Origin: an uncultured beta proteobacterium
GTDB lineage: Bacteria > Pseudomonadota > Gammaproteobacteria > Burkholderiales > Burkholderiaceae_C
DNA: 64,000 nt
Reading direction: 5' to 3'
Assembly: GCA_903845935.1 (NCBI GenBank)
Contig: CAIMZI010000023.1
Location: 693-64,692 of the forward strand
Part shown: piece after piece, positions 45,275-53,534 of the stretch
Layout: every line of letters begins with the position of its first letter
Position numbering within the stretch: the first letter of the stretch is position 1
Notes under the pieces: generated by a model
What the model was told of the DNA's origin: nothing
Databases searched by the model: none
What the model saw: the letters and a program-made list of their open reading frames with translations, nothing else
Program-made: the position numbers and the translations under genes

Positions 45275-46156
45275 TCAGCCTTGCCGGGACGCGCTTTCAA
45301 TTCTGGTGCCTGCTGGCACCAAGCTCCAATCCAGGAGTGCCACACAGCCGTCTTTGCAGGCAATGACGTAGTGGCTTCCATCCACATGGGCCAAGGCCCC
45401 AGGTGCGCAGTTGTGCGCCACCGGCCAGCAAACCGCCCGTCGCACAAAATACAGCAGGTCGTTCACGCGTGCCAGACATTCGAAATTGCCGAACGCCCTG
45501 AGTTTCAGATCGATTTCCTGGACGCTGCAGTGGAAGTCTATCTCGCGGTCGGCGTCGGTCCACATCTTGATGTAGTTGCCAACGCCCTGTGGCGAGGCGC
45601 CGTCCCATAGACGATCCAGATCCTGCGCCACGGCAGACGCCAACTGCGTGGTTTCGATCTGGGTCTTGAGATCCAGGCTTTCGTGGCACTCGTTGGTATT
45701 GATATCGAAATAGCGCGCGGCAAGAATATCGCCGGTATCGAATTCAGTTGCTAGCTTGTGGCAGGTAGTGGCCCATACAGAACGCCGGTCCAATATGCCC
45801 TGAACCAGGGGGTAAGGCCCTCGGTAGTGCGGCAAAGGCGCGGGATGGAAGTTGATGGCACGCGGCAGGAACGGCGCCCAATTTCCCACCCGCCACTGGT
45901 AGCTGGCCAGCACCAGCAGCTCGCAACCATCGTCTTGGAGTCCTGCAAGATCGCGCTCCTCCATGCGATTGAGCTGGATCGGTATCTTGTGACGCTGGGC
46001 CAGCTCAATCACCTGGCGGTTGCTGGCCATATGGCTTGTGATCGGAGCGGTAAACAGTTTGACCGGTTGCCAGCCGTAATCCATGAATGCCCTGACGACA
46101 CCGATGTAACGGTCGCTGGCCGTAATCGCAAATTTACCGGGTCGCATTGCGCTCAT
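45275..46156 (-). CDS. formyltransferase family protein (Fmt/ArnA-N-like, stand-alone)
   Basis: 293 aa with AINFHPAPLPHYRGPYP (N/H of the catalytic triad plus the LPxYRG motif) and EFDTGDIL (Asp). Confidence 0.7.
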   Translation of the reverse strand: MSAMRPGKFAITASDRYIGVVRAFMDYGWQPVKLFTAPITSHMASNRQVIELAQRHKIPIQLNRMEERDLAGLQDDGCELLVLASYQWRVGNWAPFLPRAINFHPAPLPHYRGPYPLVQGILDRRSVWATTCHKLATEFDTGDILAARYFDINTNECHESLDLKTQIETTQLASAVAQDLDRLWDGASPQGVGNYIKMWTDADREIDFHCSVQEIDLKLRAFGNFECLARVNDLLYFVRRAVCWPVAHNCAPGALAHVDGSHYVIACKDGCVALLDWSLVPAGTRIESASRQG

Positions 46157-46382
46157 TCACACCCATCCTATTTGTTGTGGGCTGAATGTCGCTCACACGT
46201 TACATGGATGTGTTTCCCTTCCGTGAAGTGGCGGTAAAGGCCTGCGTAAAGGCGAACGCCTGCAGCACCTTGTTTGCAAATATCCCTGCATACTTTACGG
46301 GCCGGACACCTGGATCTTGCATAGTCTGCACCTGCCAATCCAATGTCAAACACGCTATAAGCACCACTGAAAGGAAGACGAC

Positions 46383-46937
46383 ATGATTCGAGCATCGCGC
46401 AACGCCAACCGCACTCACCTACTGACTGCGTCTGCTGTCTTGATTGCATGCAGTTGCCTGGCCCAGAGCAGCTTCGCGCAGGAAAGTGCACGGGTTCTTT
46501 CCGCCACCCCCATCCTGCAAAAGGTTGGCATTCCACAGCAGGTCTGCACCGACCAGCAGGTTGAGGTGCAGGGCCAGAATTCCGGTTCCGGGGCGGTGCT
46601 GGGTGCGATTGCCGGTGGTGCCGTGGGCAATGCTGCAGGCCATGGGCGCGAACGCGGTGCCAGCACGGTACTTGGCGCCATTGGTGGTGCCGTACTGGGC
46701 AATGAGCTAGAAGGGCGTGGACCCGACAGCGTGCAAAACGTGCGACAGTGCACGACCCAAACCGTGTACCAGGACCGGGTGGTCGCGTTCAACGTGGTTT
46801 ACGAATACGCGGGCAAGCAGTATGCAGTACAGTCACCGCAAGACCCGGGGCCGTATTTGCAGGTGCAGATCGTCCCCATCCTGCCGCAGGCGGTAGCACC
46901 GGTGGCAGTGCAAAAGCGCCATCCTCCCCGTTATTGA
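46383..46937 (+). CDS. glycine-zipper (SlyB/17-kDa-antigen-like) outer-membrane lipoprotein
   Basis: Signal/lipobox-like LIACSC. Glycine-zipper segments GAVLGAIAGGAVGNAAG and VLGAIGGAVLGN. Confidence 0.7.
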   Translation: MIRASRNANRTHLLTASAVLIACSCLAQSSFAQESARVLSATPILQKVGIPQQVCTDQQVEVQGQNSGSGAVLGAIAGGAVGNAAGHGRERGASTVLGAIGGAVLGNELEGRGPDSVQNVRQCTTQTVYQDRVVAFNVVYEYAGKQYAVQSPQDPGPYLQVQIVPILPQAVAPVAVQKRHPPRY

Positions 46938-47116
46938 AGGAAAGTTGAACCCCTGCGCTTGCCACGATCTGGCACAAGGCCTTTGAGCTGGCTCAGGCCA
47001 TGACGTCCGCCATTGGAAGGGGCTGCGGCGACAGTCTTCACTCTTCACGGCAGCCTGATGGGAATCGATCCGAGCAGCCGGGCGCTGGCAATTGTCCTGA
47101 AGCGCCCGCCAAGCCT

Positions 47117-47647
47117 TTAGAAGCCGAGTTTCAATCCTAGCGTGAACTGGTCCGCATTGGGCTTGTCGCCAAAGGCGTTGAGTTGGTAACGTTCCCACTC
47201 GCCACGAATGGCAACGGTTTTGGTCAGCGCGTATTCGGCGCCCAGTCCAAGCTTGAGGCCATTGCCGCCATCGTCACCGCTTGGGGTATTGACCGACATG
47301 TGGGCCAAGCCCAGGCGACCCAGCAGCTTCCACTGCGGGTTGAGCGGCAGCATGCCGACGGCGTCCACGAAGCTGCCGTAGCTGTCGGTTTGACCGGCGG
47401 AATTGTTCACCGCGCCCAGTTCGGTAAGTCCTGCTTCCACGGCAAAGTTCGGGTTGAGCTGGTAACCGCCATAGAGCTTGCCACTCAGGGCGGAACCACT
47501 GGTGGCGTTGCCATTGAGCGTGTTGGGATAGTTCTGGCTACCCACACTGCCACCCGCGTACAGCCCCTCGGCGTGGGCGCCAATGCCCACCAGGCTGCCG
47601 GCCACCAACACTGCGGTCCATACGGGTTTGAGTTTACGTGCGTACAT
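47117..47647 (-). CDS. small outer-membrane beta-barrel protein (OmpA-like/OmpW-like 8-strand type)
   Basis: Signal peptide ending GAHAEG. It has alternating beta-strand patterns and the C-terminus FTLGLKLGF (terminal Phe). Confidence 0.7.
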   Translation of the reverse strand: MYARKLKPVWTAVLVAGSLVGIGAHAEGLYAGGSVGSQNYPNTLNGNATSGSALSGKLYGGYQLNPNFAVEAGLTELGAVNNSAGQTDSYGSFVDAVGMLPLNPQWKLLGRLGLAHMSVNTPSGDDGGNGLKLGLGAEYALTKTVAIRGEWERYQLNAFGDKPNADQFTLGLKLGF

Positions 47648-47659
47648 CGTTCGTCCTTT

Positions 47660-47696
47660 AGATCATGCACACCGGAAAAGGTGTGTGTACTGATCT
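47660..47696 (-). other. bipartite hairpin in the leader of the OMP gene
   Basis: AGATCA-TG-CACACC-GGAAAA-GGTGTG-TGTAC-TGATCT. On the minus strand it ends 12 nt before the ATG at 47647, abutting the AAAGGA SD. Confidence 0.35.
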
Positions 47697-47770
47697 TGCG
47701 GCGGCTACGCGCTGTAGCTCATGTACGCCATGCGAAGCTATGTAACGAATGCAACCGAAGTGTGAAGCGC

Positions 47771-48544
47771 TTAAGCCGCGCCACGGCCCTTGCCTTGTGG
47801 ACACAGCGTGAGAAAGGCCTGCTCCAGACTCAGGCCACCGGACTGCGCAATGAGTTCGGCGGGCGGGCCATCAAACACGATCTCGCCCTGGTTCAGCACC
47901 AGCACGCGGTCGGCATGGACCACCTCGTCGACCAGATGCGTGGCCCAGAGAACGGCCACTTCGCCCGCCTTCGCCAGGGCCTCCACCGATCGCATCAGCT
48001 CCTGGCGCGAGGCCGGATCCAGACCGACGGTGGCCTCGTCCATCAGCAAAAATTTCGGCTTGTGCAGCAGCGCGCGAATCAGCTCCACCTTGCGTCGGTT
48101 GCCGCCGGACAGGGCGCGCACGGCCACGCCCTCCTGGCCTTGCAAGCCGTGCTGCTCCAGACCGGCCTGGATTCTTTGCAGTGCCGTTTTGCGGGCGATG
48201 CCATGCAGATCGGTATGAAACAGCAAATTGGCGCGAATGCTCAAATCCAGGTCCAGCGAGGATTGCTGAAACACCACGCCGAGTCCGGCCAGAGCCTTGG
48301 GTGCTTCACGGCGGATGTCAAAACCCAGCACCGACAGATCGCCCTGGTCCGGCACAAACAGGCCGCTGAGCAGTTGCACCAGGGTCGACTTGCCCGCGCC
48401 GTTGGGCCCCAAAAGGGCCACGAACTGCCCCGCATACAGCGACATGCTGACGGACTTGAGCGCCAGTTTGGGCCCGTAGGACTTTTGCAGTGCGGTGGCG
48501 ATCAGTACCGGCGTGGCTTGTTCGGTTGTTTCAGGGTGCGTCAT
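47771..48544 (-). CDS. ABC transporter ATP-binding protein (ABC-2 type; PQQ-dehydrogenase-system-associated type suspected)
   Basis: Walker A GPNGAGKST, signature LSGGNRRKVEL and Walker B LLMDEATVGLD. There is no adjacent permease gene. Confidence 0.8.
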   Translation of the reverse strand: MTHPETTEQATPVLIATALQKSYGPKLALKSVSMSLYAGQFVALLGPNGAGKSTLVQLLSGLFVPDQGDLSVLGFDIRREAPKALAGLGVVFQQSSLDLDLSIRANLLFHTDLHGIARKTALQRIQAGLEQHGLQGQEGVAVRALSGGNRRKVELIRALLHKPKFLLMDEATVGLDPASRQELMRSVEALAKAGEVAVLWATHLVDEVVHADRVLVLNQGEIVFDGPPAELIAQSGGLSLEQAFLTLCPQGKGRGAA

Positions 48545-48613
48545 AGACTTTCAAGTCTACCCCTGTACAGCAGGAAGTGCCCGCAAAAGCGTGACTTCTG
48601 CAAGTGATTCCAT

Positions 48614-48629
48614 TGGCATATATATTGCG
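48614..48629 (+). promoter_or_regulatory. sigma-54 promoter upstream of the beta-propeller / TonB-receptor genes
   Basis: TGGCATATATATTGCG is TGGCA(T)-N5-TTGC with exact spacing. It lies 48 nt upstream of ATG 48677. Confidence 0.6.
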
Positions 48630-48676
48630 GCTTCATTGAAGACATGTCCCATGTGACACACAAGAAAGAGACACGC

Positions 48677-49642
48677 ATGAATTCCCGCTACTCCCAGGCG
48701 CTGATGTTCAGCGCCGCCCTGCTGTTGCTTGGCGCGCCGGCACAGGCCGATGTGTTTGTCAGCAGCGAAAAGGACAACGCCATTTTGCAAATGGACGCAG
48801 ATGGCAAGGTGATCCGCTCGCTTCCGGTCTGCCTGCGTCCGCGCCATATGGCCTGGGCACAAGGTGGCAAGCAGATCATGATGGCCTGTGGCGACAGCAA
48901 CCAGATCGGCGTGCTGGACCTGGCGTCGGGCAAGCTGATTGACAGCATTCCCACTGGCGAAAGCCCGGAAATTTTCGCCCTATCGCAGGACTCCAAGACG
49001 GCCTACGTCTCGATTGAAGACGGCAGCCAATTGGCGGCCTATGACGTGGCTGGCAAGAAGCCGCTGTTCTCGGTCAAGACCGGAGCCGAGCCAGAGGGTG
49101 TGCTCGCCACGGCCGACGGCAAAACGGTGTTTGTCACCTCCGAGGTGGCCAACGCCGTCTACAAGGTCGATGTGGCCGCGCGCAAGACCGTGGCCCAGGT
49201 GAAGACCGGCATGCGGCCGCGCCGCTTTGCCATCACGCCCGATGCCTCCGAGCTGTGGGTGACCAACGAACTGGGCTCCAGCGTCAGCATCATCGACACC
49301 GCGAGCATGAAGATCAAGCAAACGCTAAGCTTTACCGTGACCGGAATGCGCGCCTCCGACATCACGCCGGTAGGCATGCTGATCAGCTCTGATGGCAAGA
49401 CGGTCTGGGTGGCGCTGGGGCGGGCCAACCATGTGGCGGAGGTGGACGTCGCCACGCGCACGGTGCGTGGTCTGGCCCTGGTGGGCAAGCGTGCCTGGGG
49501 ACTGGCGCTGAGCACCGATGGGGCGCGCCTGTATGTGGCCAATGGCCAGTCGGACGACATGACGATCATCGACACCAGCAATCGCAAGGCCTTGAAGACC
49601 GTTCCCGTGGGGCGCGAGCCACACAGCATTTTGACCAATTGA
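48677..49642 (+). CDS. YVTN-family beta-propeller repeat protein (PQQ-dependent catabolism-associated type)
   Basis: ORF 48644-49642 trimmed to MNSRYSQALMFSAALLLLGAPAQA (signal peptide), because the sigma-54 promoter predicts a transcript start near 48640. It has repeated ...VSxxxxxxIxVxD... blades. Confidence 0.7.
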   Translation: MNSRYSQALMFSAALLLLGAPAQADVFVSSEKDNAILQMDADGKVIRSLPVCLRPRHMAWAQGGKQIMMACGDSNQIGVLDLASGKLIDSIPTGESPEIFALSQDSKTAYVSIEDGSQLAAYDVAGKKPLFSVKTGAEPEGVLATADGKTVFVTSEVANAVYKVDVAARKTVAQVKTGMRPRRFAITPDASELWVTNELGSSVSIIDTASMKIKQTLSFTVTGMRASDITPVGMLISSDGKTVWVALGRANHVAEVDVATRTVRGLALVGKRAWGLALSTDGARLYVANGQSDDMTIIDTSNRKALKTVPVGREPHSILTN

Positions 49643-49660
49643 TTTCGAAAACCCAAAAAA

Positions 49661-51937
49661 ATGAAGACGACAGTGACAAACGCGATTCCCACCCGCCACA
49701 AGCTACTCCCGCTGGCCCTGGCCCTTTCAGCGGTGGCGCCAGCTTGGAGTCAGAACGCTGCCCCGGCGACCGGCACATTGGCCGAGGTGACGGTGATTGC
49801 CACCACACCGGTGGCTGGAACCGGGATTTCTCTTGATAAATTCGCCGGCAATGTGCAAACCCTGTCGCACGACGCGCTCGACACGCCCTCGCAAGACCTA
49901 GCCCAGCGCCTGAGCCAGTCCCTGGGTTCCATGAATATCAACGACACCCAGGGCAACGCCTTTAGCGTGGATCTGAATTACCGCGGTTTTACCGCCTCGC
50001 CCGCGCTGGGCACGCCGCAAGGTCTGTCGGTGTACCTGGATGGCATGCGCATCAACGAGCCCTTTGGCGATGTGGTGTCCTGGGACCTGCTGCCCCAGCT
50101 CATCGTTGACAAGGTCAACGTCATCCCCGGCTCGAATCCGGTGTACGGGCTCAACACCCTGGGCGGCGCCATCAGCATGACCAGCAAGAACGGCAACAGC
50201 CTGAAAGGCAGCCAGGGCGGCATCGGGCTGGGCTCCTTTGGTCGCAAGAGCGTGGACGTGGAACACGGCAGCCATGACGACGATGGCAATCTGTACTTCG
50301 CCGCGAGCCTCTACAACGACAATGGCTGGGCCGCCAATAACCCCAGCCAGGTGCGCCAGTTTTTTGGCAAATACACGGCCTACCTGGATCAAGGCGATGT
50401 GGCCATTTCCCTGCTGGCGGCCGACAACCTGCTCTACGGCAACCAGTCCGTGCCGCTGTCCATGCTGGACAACGCGCAGCAGGGCTATTCGCATCCAGAC
50501 TATTCGGCCACGCAAAACCTCACACTCAATGTGCAGGGCAACTGGGCAGCGGATGCGTCCAACAGCTATGCCGGCAATGTCTACTACCGCAGCCTGACGC
50601 GTGACATTCTCAACAGCAATGTCAACAACCCTCCCAACGCATCCACCAACGAAGCCAGCTGCGTGCTGACTGCGGACTGCCCCGCCACCAATCTGTTGGC
50701 GCACTACACCCAGTCGATTATGGGCGCCAACGCGCAGTGGACCAATACCGACCCGATCTGGAACATCAACCAGGTGGCCACCCTGGGCCTGAACGCCGAG
50801 TTCAGTCACACCCACTTCAACAACCAGGGCCAGTACGCCATCCTGGATAGCAGCCGGGGCACGGTGGGCGTGTCCGCCTACACGGCGCAGGCCGATGTGC
50901 AATCCGACAATCAACGCCTGGGCCTGTTTGCCACCAGCACCTTCGATGCCAGCGATGCCTTGTCGATCACCGCCTCGGCGCGCTACGACTACGCCACGCT
51001 CACGCTGTCCGGCCAATCCTGCGTGGACAACGCGCTGTGCGACAGCAGCAGTTCCCTTGCGGCGGGCACGCTCACCGATGTCAGCGGCAAGCATGTGTAC
51101 CAGCGGCTCAATCCGTCATTGGGCCTCACCTATGTGCTGGCGCCCAGCTGGATCGCCTTTGCCAACTACGCCGAAGGCTTTCGTACGCCATCGGCCATCG
51201 AGCTGGCCTGTGCCGATCCGGCCGTGCCCTGCTCGGGTGTGCCCAATGCCTTTGGCGCCGACCCGGAACTCAAGCCGGTGGTCTCCAGAACTTATGAAAT
51301 CGGCATGCGCGGCAACTTCAGCGACCGCCTGAAATGGCGTACCGCCTACTACCGCACGACGCTGGAAAATGACATTTTGTTTAACCAGAGCAGTCTGAAC
51401 AGCGGCTACTTTTCCAACGTCGGCCAGACCCTGCGCCAAGGTCTGGAGCTGGGCCTGGATGGCCGCTTCGGATCCATGGACTACGCCGTCGATCTCGATT
51501 GGATAGAGGCCACCTACCGGTCCAGCTTCTTGGTGGCCAACCCGGCCAATAGCGCACCGGCGGTTCCGGTCAAGCCAGGCGACTTCATTCCCGGAATTCC
51601 GCAATGGGTGCTCAAGGGCCGCGCGAGCTACGCGCTGGACGGCAAGACGCGCCTGGGTCTGGCGCTGCAGGCGCAGGGTCCGACCTACGCGCGAGGGGAT
51701 GAGAACAATGCCGATGTGAACGGCCAGGTGCCAGGCTTCACCACCCTCAAGCTCGACATCAGCCACAGCCTCAACAAGCGCTTCAACCTGTATGCCGGCA
51801 TCAGCAATCTGCTAGACGCCAAATACGCAGCTTATGGCGTATTGGCCAGCAACAATGTCAGCACGGGTGCCTATGAGCAATTCCGCAGCCTGGGCGCGCC
51901 GCGTACGCTGTACGCAGGCGTTCAGGCGAAGTTTTGA
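49661..51937 (+). CDS. TonB-dependent outer-membrane receptor
   Basis: 758 aa. It has a signal peptide, a TonB-box-like LAEVTVIA, the plug motif (LNYRGFTASPALGTPQGLSVYLDGMRINEPFGDVV) and the C-terminus RTLYAGVQAKF. Confidence 0.85.
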   Translation: MKTTVTNAIPTRHKLLPLALALSAVAPAWSQNAAPATGTLAEVTVIATTPVAGTGISLDKFAGNVQTLSHDALDTPSQDLAQRLSQSLGSMNINDTQGNAFSVDLNYRGFTASPALGTPQGLSVYLDGMRINEPFGDVVSWDLLPQLIVDKVNVIPGSNPVYGLNTLGGAISMTSKNGNSLKGSQGGIGLGSFGRKSVDVEHGSHDDDGNLYFAASLYNDNGWAANNPSQVRQFFGKYTAYLDQGDVAISLLAADNLLYGNQSVPLSMLDNAQQGYSHPDYSATQNLTLNVQGNWAADASNSYAGNVYYRSLTRDILNSNVNNPPNASTNEASCVLTADCPATNLLAHYTQSIMGANAQWTNTDPIWNINQVATLGLNAEFSHTHFNNQGQYAILDSSRGTVGVSAYTAQADVQSDNQRLGLFATSTFDASDALSITASARYDYATLTLSGQSCVDNALCDSSSSLAAGTLTDVSGKHVYQRLNPSLGLTYVLAPSWIAFANYAEGFRTPSAIELACADPAVPCSGVPNAFGADPELKPVVSRTYEIGMRGNFSDRLKWRTAYYRTTLENDILFNQSSLNSGYFSNVGQTLRQGLELGLDGRFGSMDYAVDLDWIEATYRSSFLVANPANSAPAVPVKPGDFIPGIPQWVLKGRASYALDGKTRLGLALQAQGPTYARGDENNADVNGQVPGFTTLKLDISHSLNKRFNLYAGISNLLDAKYAAYGVLASNNVSTGAYEQFRSLGAPRTLYAGVQAKF

Positions 51938-52828
51938 TCAGGGGGCAGCGAGGGTCAGGCCGTGCGCCTGGAAGATGGCCAGCAGTTCGCCGCTGGAGCG
52001 CATCGCCTCCAGCGCGTTGTCCAGCAGCGTCGCCAGCTCCTTGTTGTCGGCCTTGACGGCCATGCCCAGCGGCCAGCCGTTCGGCGGGACACCCGGCATA
52101 GACAGCTTGGAAAAGCTCCAGTCCTTGCGGTCCAGCTTCATCTGAAAAATGGCGGCCTCGGCCTGCGCCAGCGACACAAAAGCGGCATCCGCCTGGCCAT
52201 TCAGCACGGTCTTGGCCGCGTCGATGCCGTTCTTGTAGAGTGCCACATGCCCACTCAATAGGCCACCCTTGTAACCCATCATGGCGCTGGCCGCGCCCGT
52301 GCCCTGCTCGACCGCAATCTTTTTGGTTTCCAGATCTTCCGGGTTGCGAACCACGCCTAGGAGTTGGGTGTTGGTCAGCACCACCAGATGCTCGCGCACG
52401 TAAGGGGCGAAAATAAACGCCTGGCGGTTCTCGCCCATAAAGTACTTGTCCACCGGCACATGCAGCATCACATCGGCCGGCCCATAGCCCAGGTAATGGC
52501 CCTTCCAGACCATGTTGCGCAGGTCATCGCCCATGTTCTCGCCTGCGTCAAAAGGCATTAGCGAAGGCGTCAATTGCAAGGCCTTGGCCAGCGCCTCGCC
52601 CAGACTCACGTCCAATCCCGCCATGTGCGACATATTGCCGTCGGAGTAGGGCTCGTTTTCTTTGTACAGTGCAATCTTCAGCACCCCGCTGGCGCGAATT
52701 TTCTCTATGGCAGTTTTTTCCTGCGCATGGGCCAGTGAGGACAGTCCCAGCGCCAATGGCAGGGCGGCAGCAACAAAGCTCCGGCGCTGCATGAGTCCCG
52801 CTGCACGCGGGTTTGAGTCTCGATTCAT
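51938..52828 (-). CDS. periplasmic substrate-binding protein, MoxJ/XoxJ/PedG-like (quinoprotein-dehydrogenase-associated)
   Basis: 296 aa with AGGAG 5 nt upstream of ATG 52828 and a signal peptide containing an RR motif. It has a family-3 SBP pattern (GVLKIALYKENEPYS). It lies immediately downstream of the cytochrome c550-like gene. Confidence 0.6.
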   Translation of the reverse strand: MNRDSNPRAAGLMQRRSFVAAALPLALGLSSLAHAQEKTAIEKIRASGVLKIALYKENEPYSDGNMSHMAGLDVSLGEALAKALQLTPSLMPFDAGENMGDDLRNMVWKGHYLGYGPADVMLHVPVDKYFMGENRQAFIFAPYVREHLVVLTNTQLLGVVRNPEDLETKKIAVEQGTGAASAMMGYKGGLLSGHVALYKNGIDAAKTVLNGQADAAFVSLAQAEAAIFQMKLDRKDWSFSKLSMPGVPPNGWPLGMAVKADNKELATLLDNALEAMRSSGELLAIFQAHGLTLAAP

Positions 52829-52868
52829 CTAGTCTCCTACTTGTTTTTGTGCCTGTGCCTGAATGGGC

Positions 52869-53363
52869 TCAGGGCGCGCGACGCGTTTCCAGATAAGTTT
52901 TGATGGCCCACATGGCTTCTTGGGTCAGTATGCCTTCAAACGGAGGCATGAACACGCGGCCATCGCGTGCCCGTCCGCGGCGCACGGTGGAGACAAAGTA
53001 GTCATTAATCTCCTGGAAGCAGCCCAGCTTCTTGCTCTCATCGCCCATGCTCAGGCAGTCGTTGTCGAGCTTGCGCAGGTCCGGCGAGATGCCGCCGGAG
53101 ATGGCCTCCAGACCGTGGCAGCGGGCGCAGTTCTGGTTAAAGGCCGAGGTACCGATACGCAGGGCTTCGGCATGACCTTCGGCCTTGTCCTTGGCATAGG
53201 GGTTGTCATCCAACCACTTTTCGCCCAGCTGCGGCAAGGTGCTGGTGTCCACGGAGTGCGGAACCACGTCGCCATGCGCCATGGCCACGAGGCTGCCCAG
53301 CGAAAGGCAGCTTGCCAGGGCGGCGGAAACCCAAGTACGGCGTGAGGGAAATAAGGTGCTCAT
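52869..53363 (-). CDS. cytochrome c550/cL-like monoheme cytochrome (PedF/ExaB/XoxG type)
   Basis: ORF 52869-53411 trimmed to MSTLFPSRRTWVSAALASCLSLGSLVAMA. It has one heme site (NCARCHG) followed by ISPDLRKL and a conserved Cys pair (NDCLSMGDESKKLGC), as in alcohol-dehydrogenase-linked c550. The start is uncertain. Confidence 0.65.
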   Translation of the reverse strand: MSTLFPSRRTWVSAALASCLSLGSLVAMAHGDVVPHSVDTSTLPQLGEKWLDDNPYAKDKAEGHAEALRIGTSAFNQNCARCHGLEAISGGISPDLRKLDNDCLSMGDESKKLGCFQEINDYFVSTVRRGRARDGRVFMPPFEGILTQEAMWAIKTYLETRRAP

Positions 53364-53406
53364 GGAGGATGTGGCGCGAAGCGTTAAGTTGCGGATCACC
53401 TGCTTT

Positions 53407-53422
53407 CGCAAATTTCACGCCA
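53407..53422 (-). promoter_or_regulatory. possible sigma-54 promoter for the cytochrome c550-like / binding-protein genes
   Basis: Reverse strand reads TGGCGTGAAATTTGCG. The GG-N10-GC spacing is correct. It lies 44 nt upstream of ATG 53363. Confidence 0.4.
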
Positions 53423-53482
53423 GTTGAAAAACCAATGCTTCGCGGCACGGTGTGACAAATTGGCGCAACCGCAGAGCGGCAC

Positions 53483-53498
53483 TGGCCTGCATATTGCA
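53483..53498 (+). promoter_or_regulatory. possible sigma-54 promoter upstream of the activator gene
   Basis: TGGCCTGCATATTGCA has correct spacing and a perfect TTGCA, but the -24 element is degenerate. It lies 37 nt upstream of ATG 53535. Confidence 0.3.
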
Positions 53499-53534
53499 CC
53501 CGATTGAATCTTGTCACAAAACGGAGCAAAATGA

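Noticed and set aside
47183-48607. 474-aa plus-strand ORF spanning the OMP and ABC ATPase genes
   Set aside because: It crosses an intergenic region and two real minus-strand genes. The translation is featureless and Gln/His/Arg/Gly-rich.
53477-53491. CGGCACTGGCCTGCA as a sigma-54 promoter
   Set aside because: The spacing is one nucleotide too short. The overlapping TGGCCTGCATATTGCA element (53483-53498) fits better and is reported instead, at low confidence.
53504-53517. TTGAATCTTGTCAC as an FNR-like box upstream of the sigma-54 activator
   Set aside because: Only 8 of 10 half-site positions match. It sits downstream of the putative promoter, and there is no supporting geometry.
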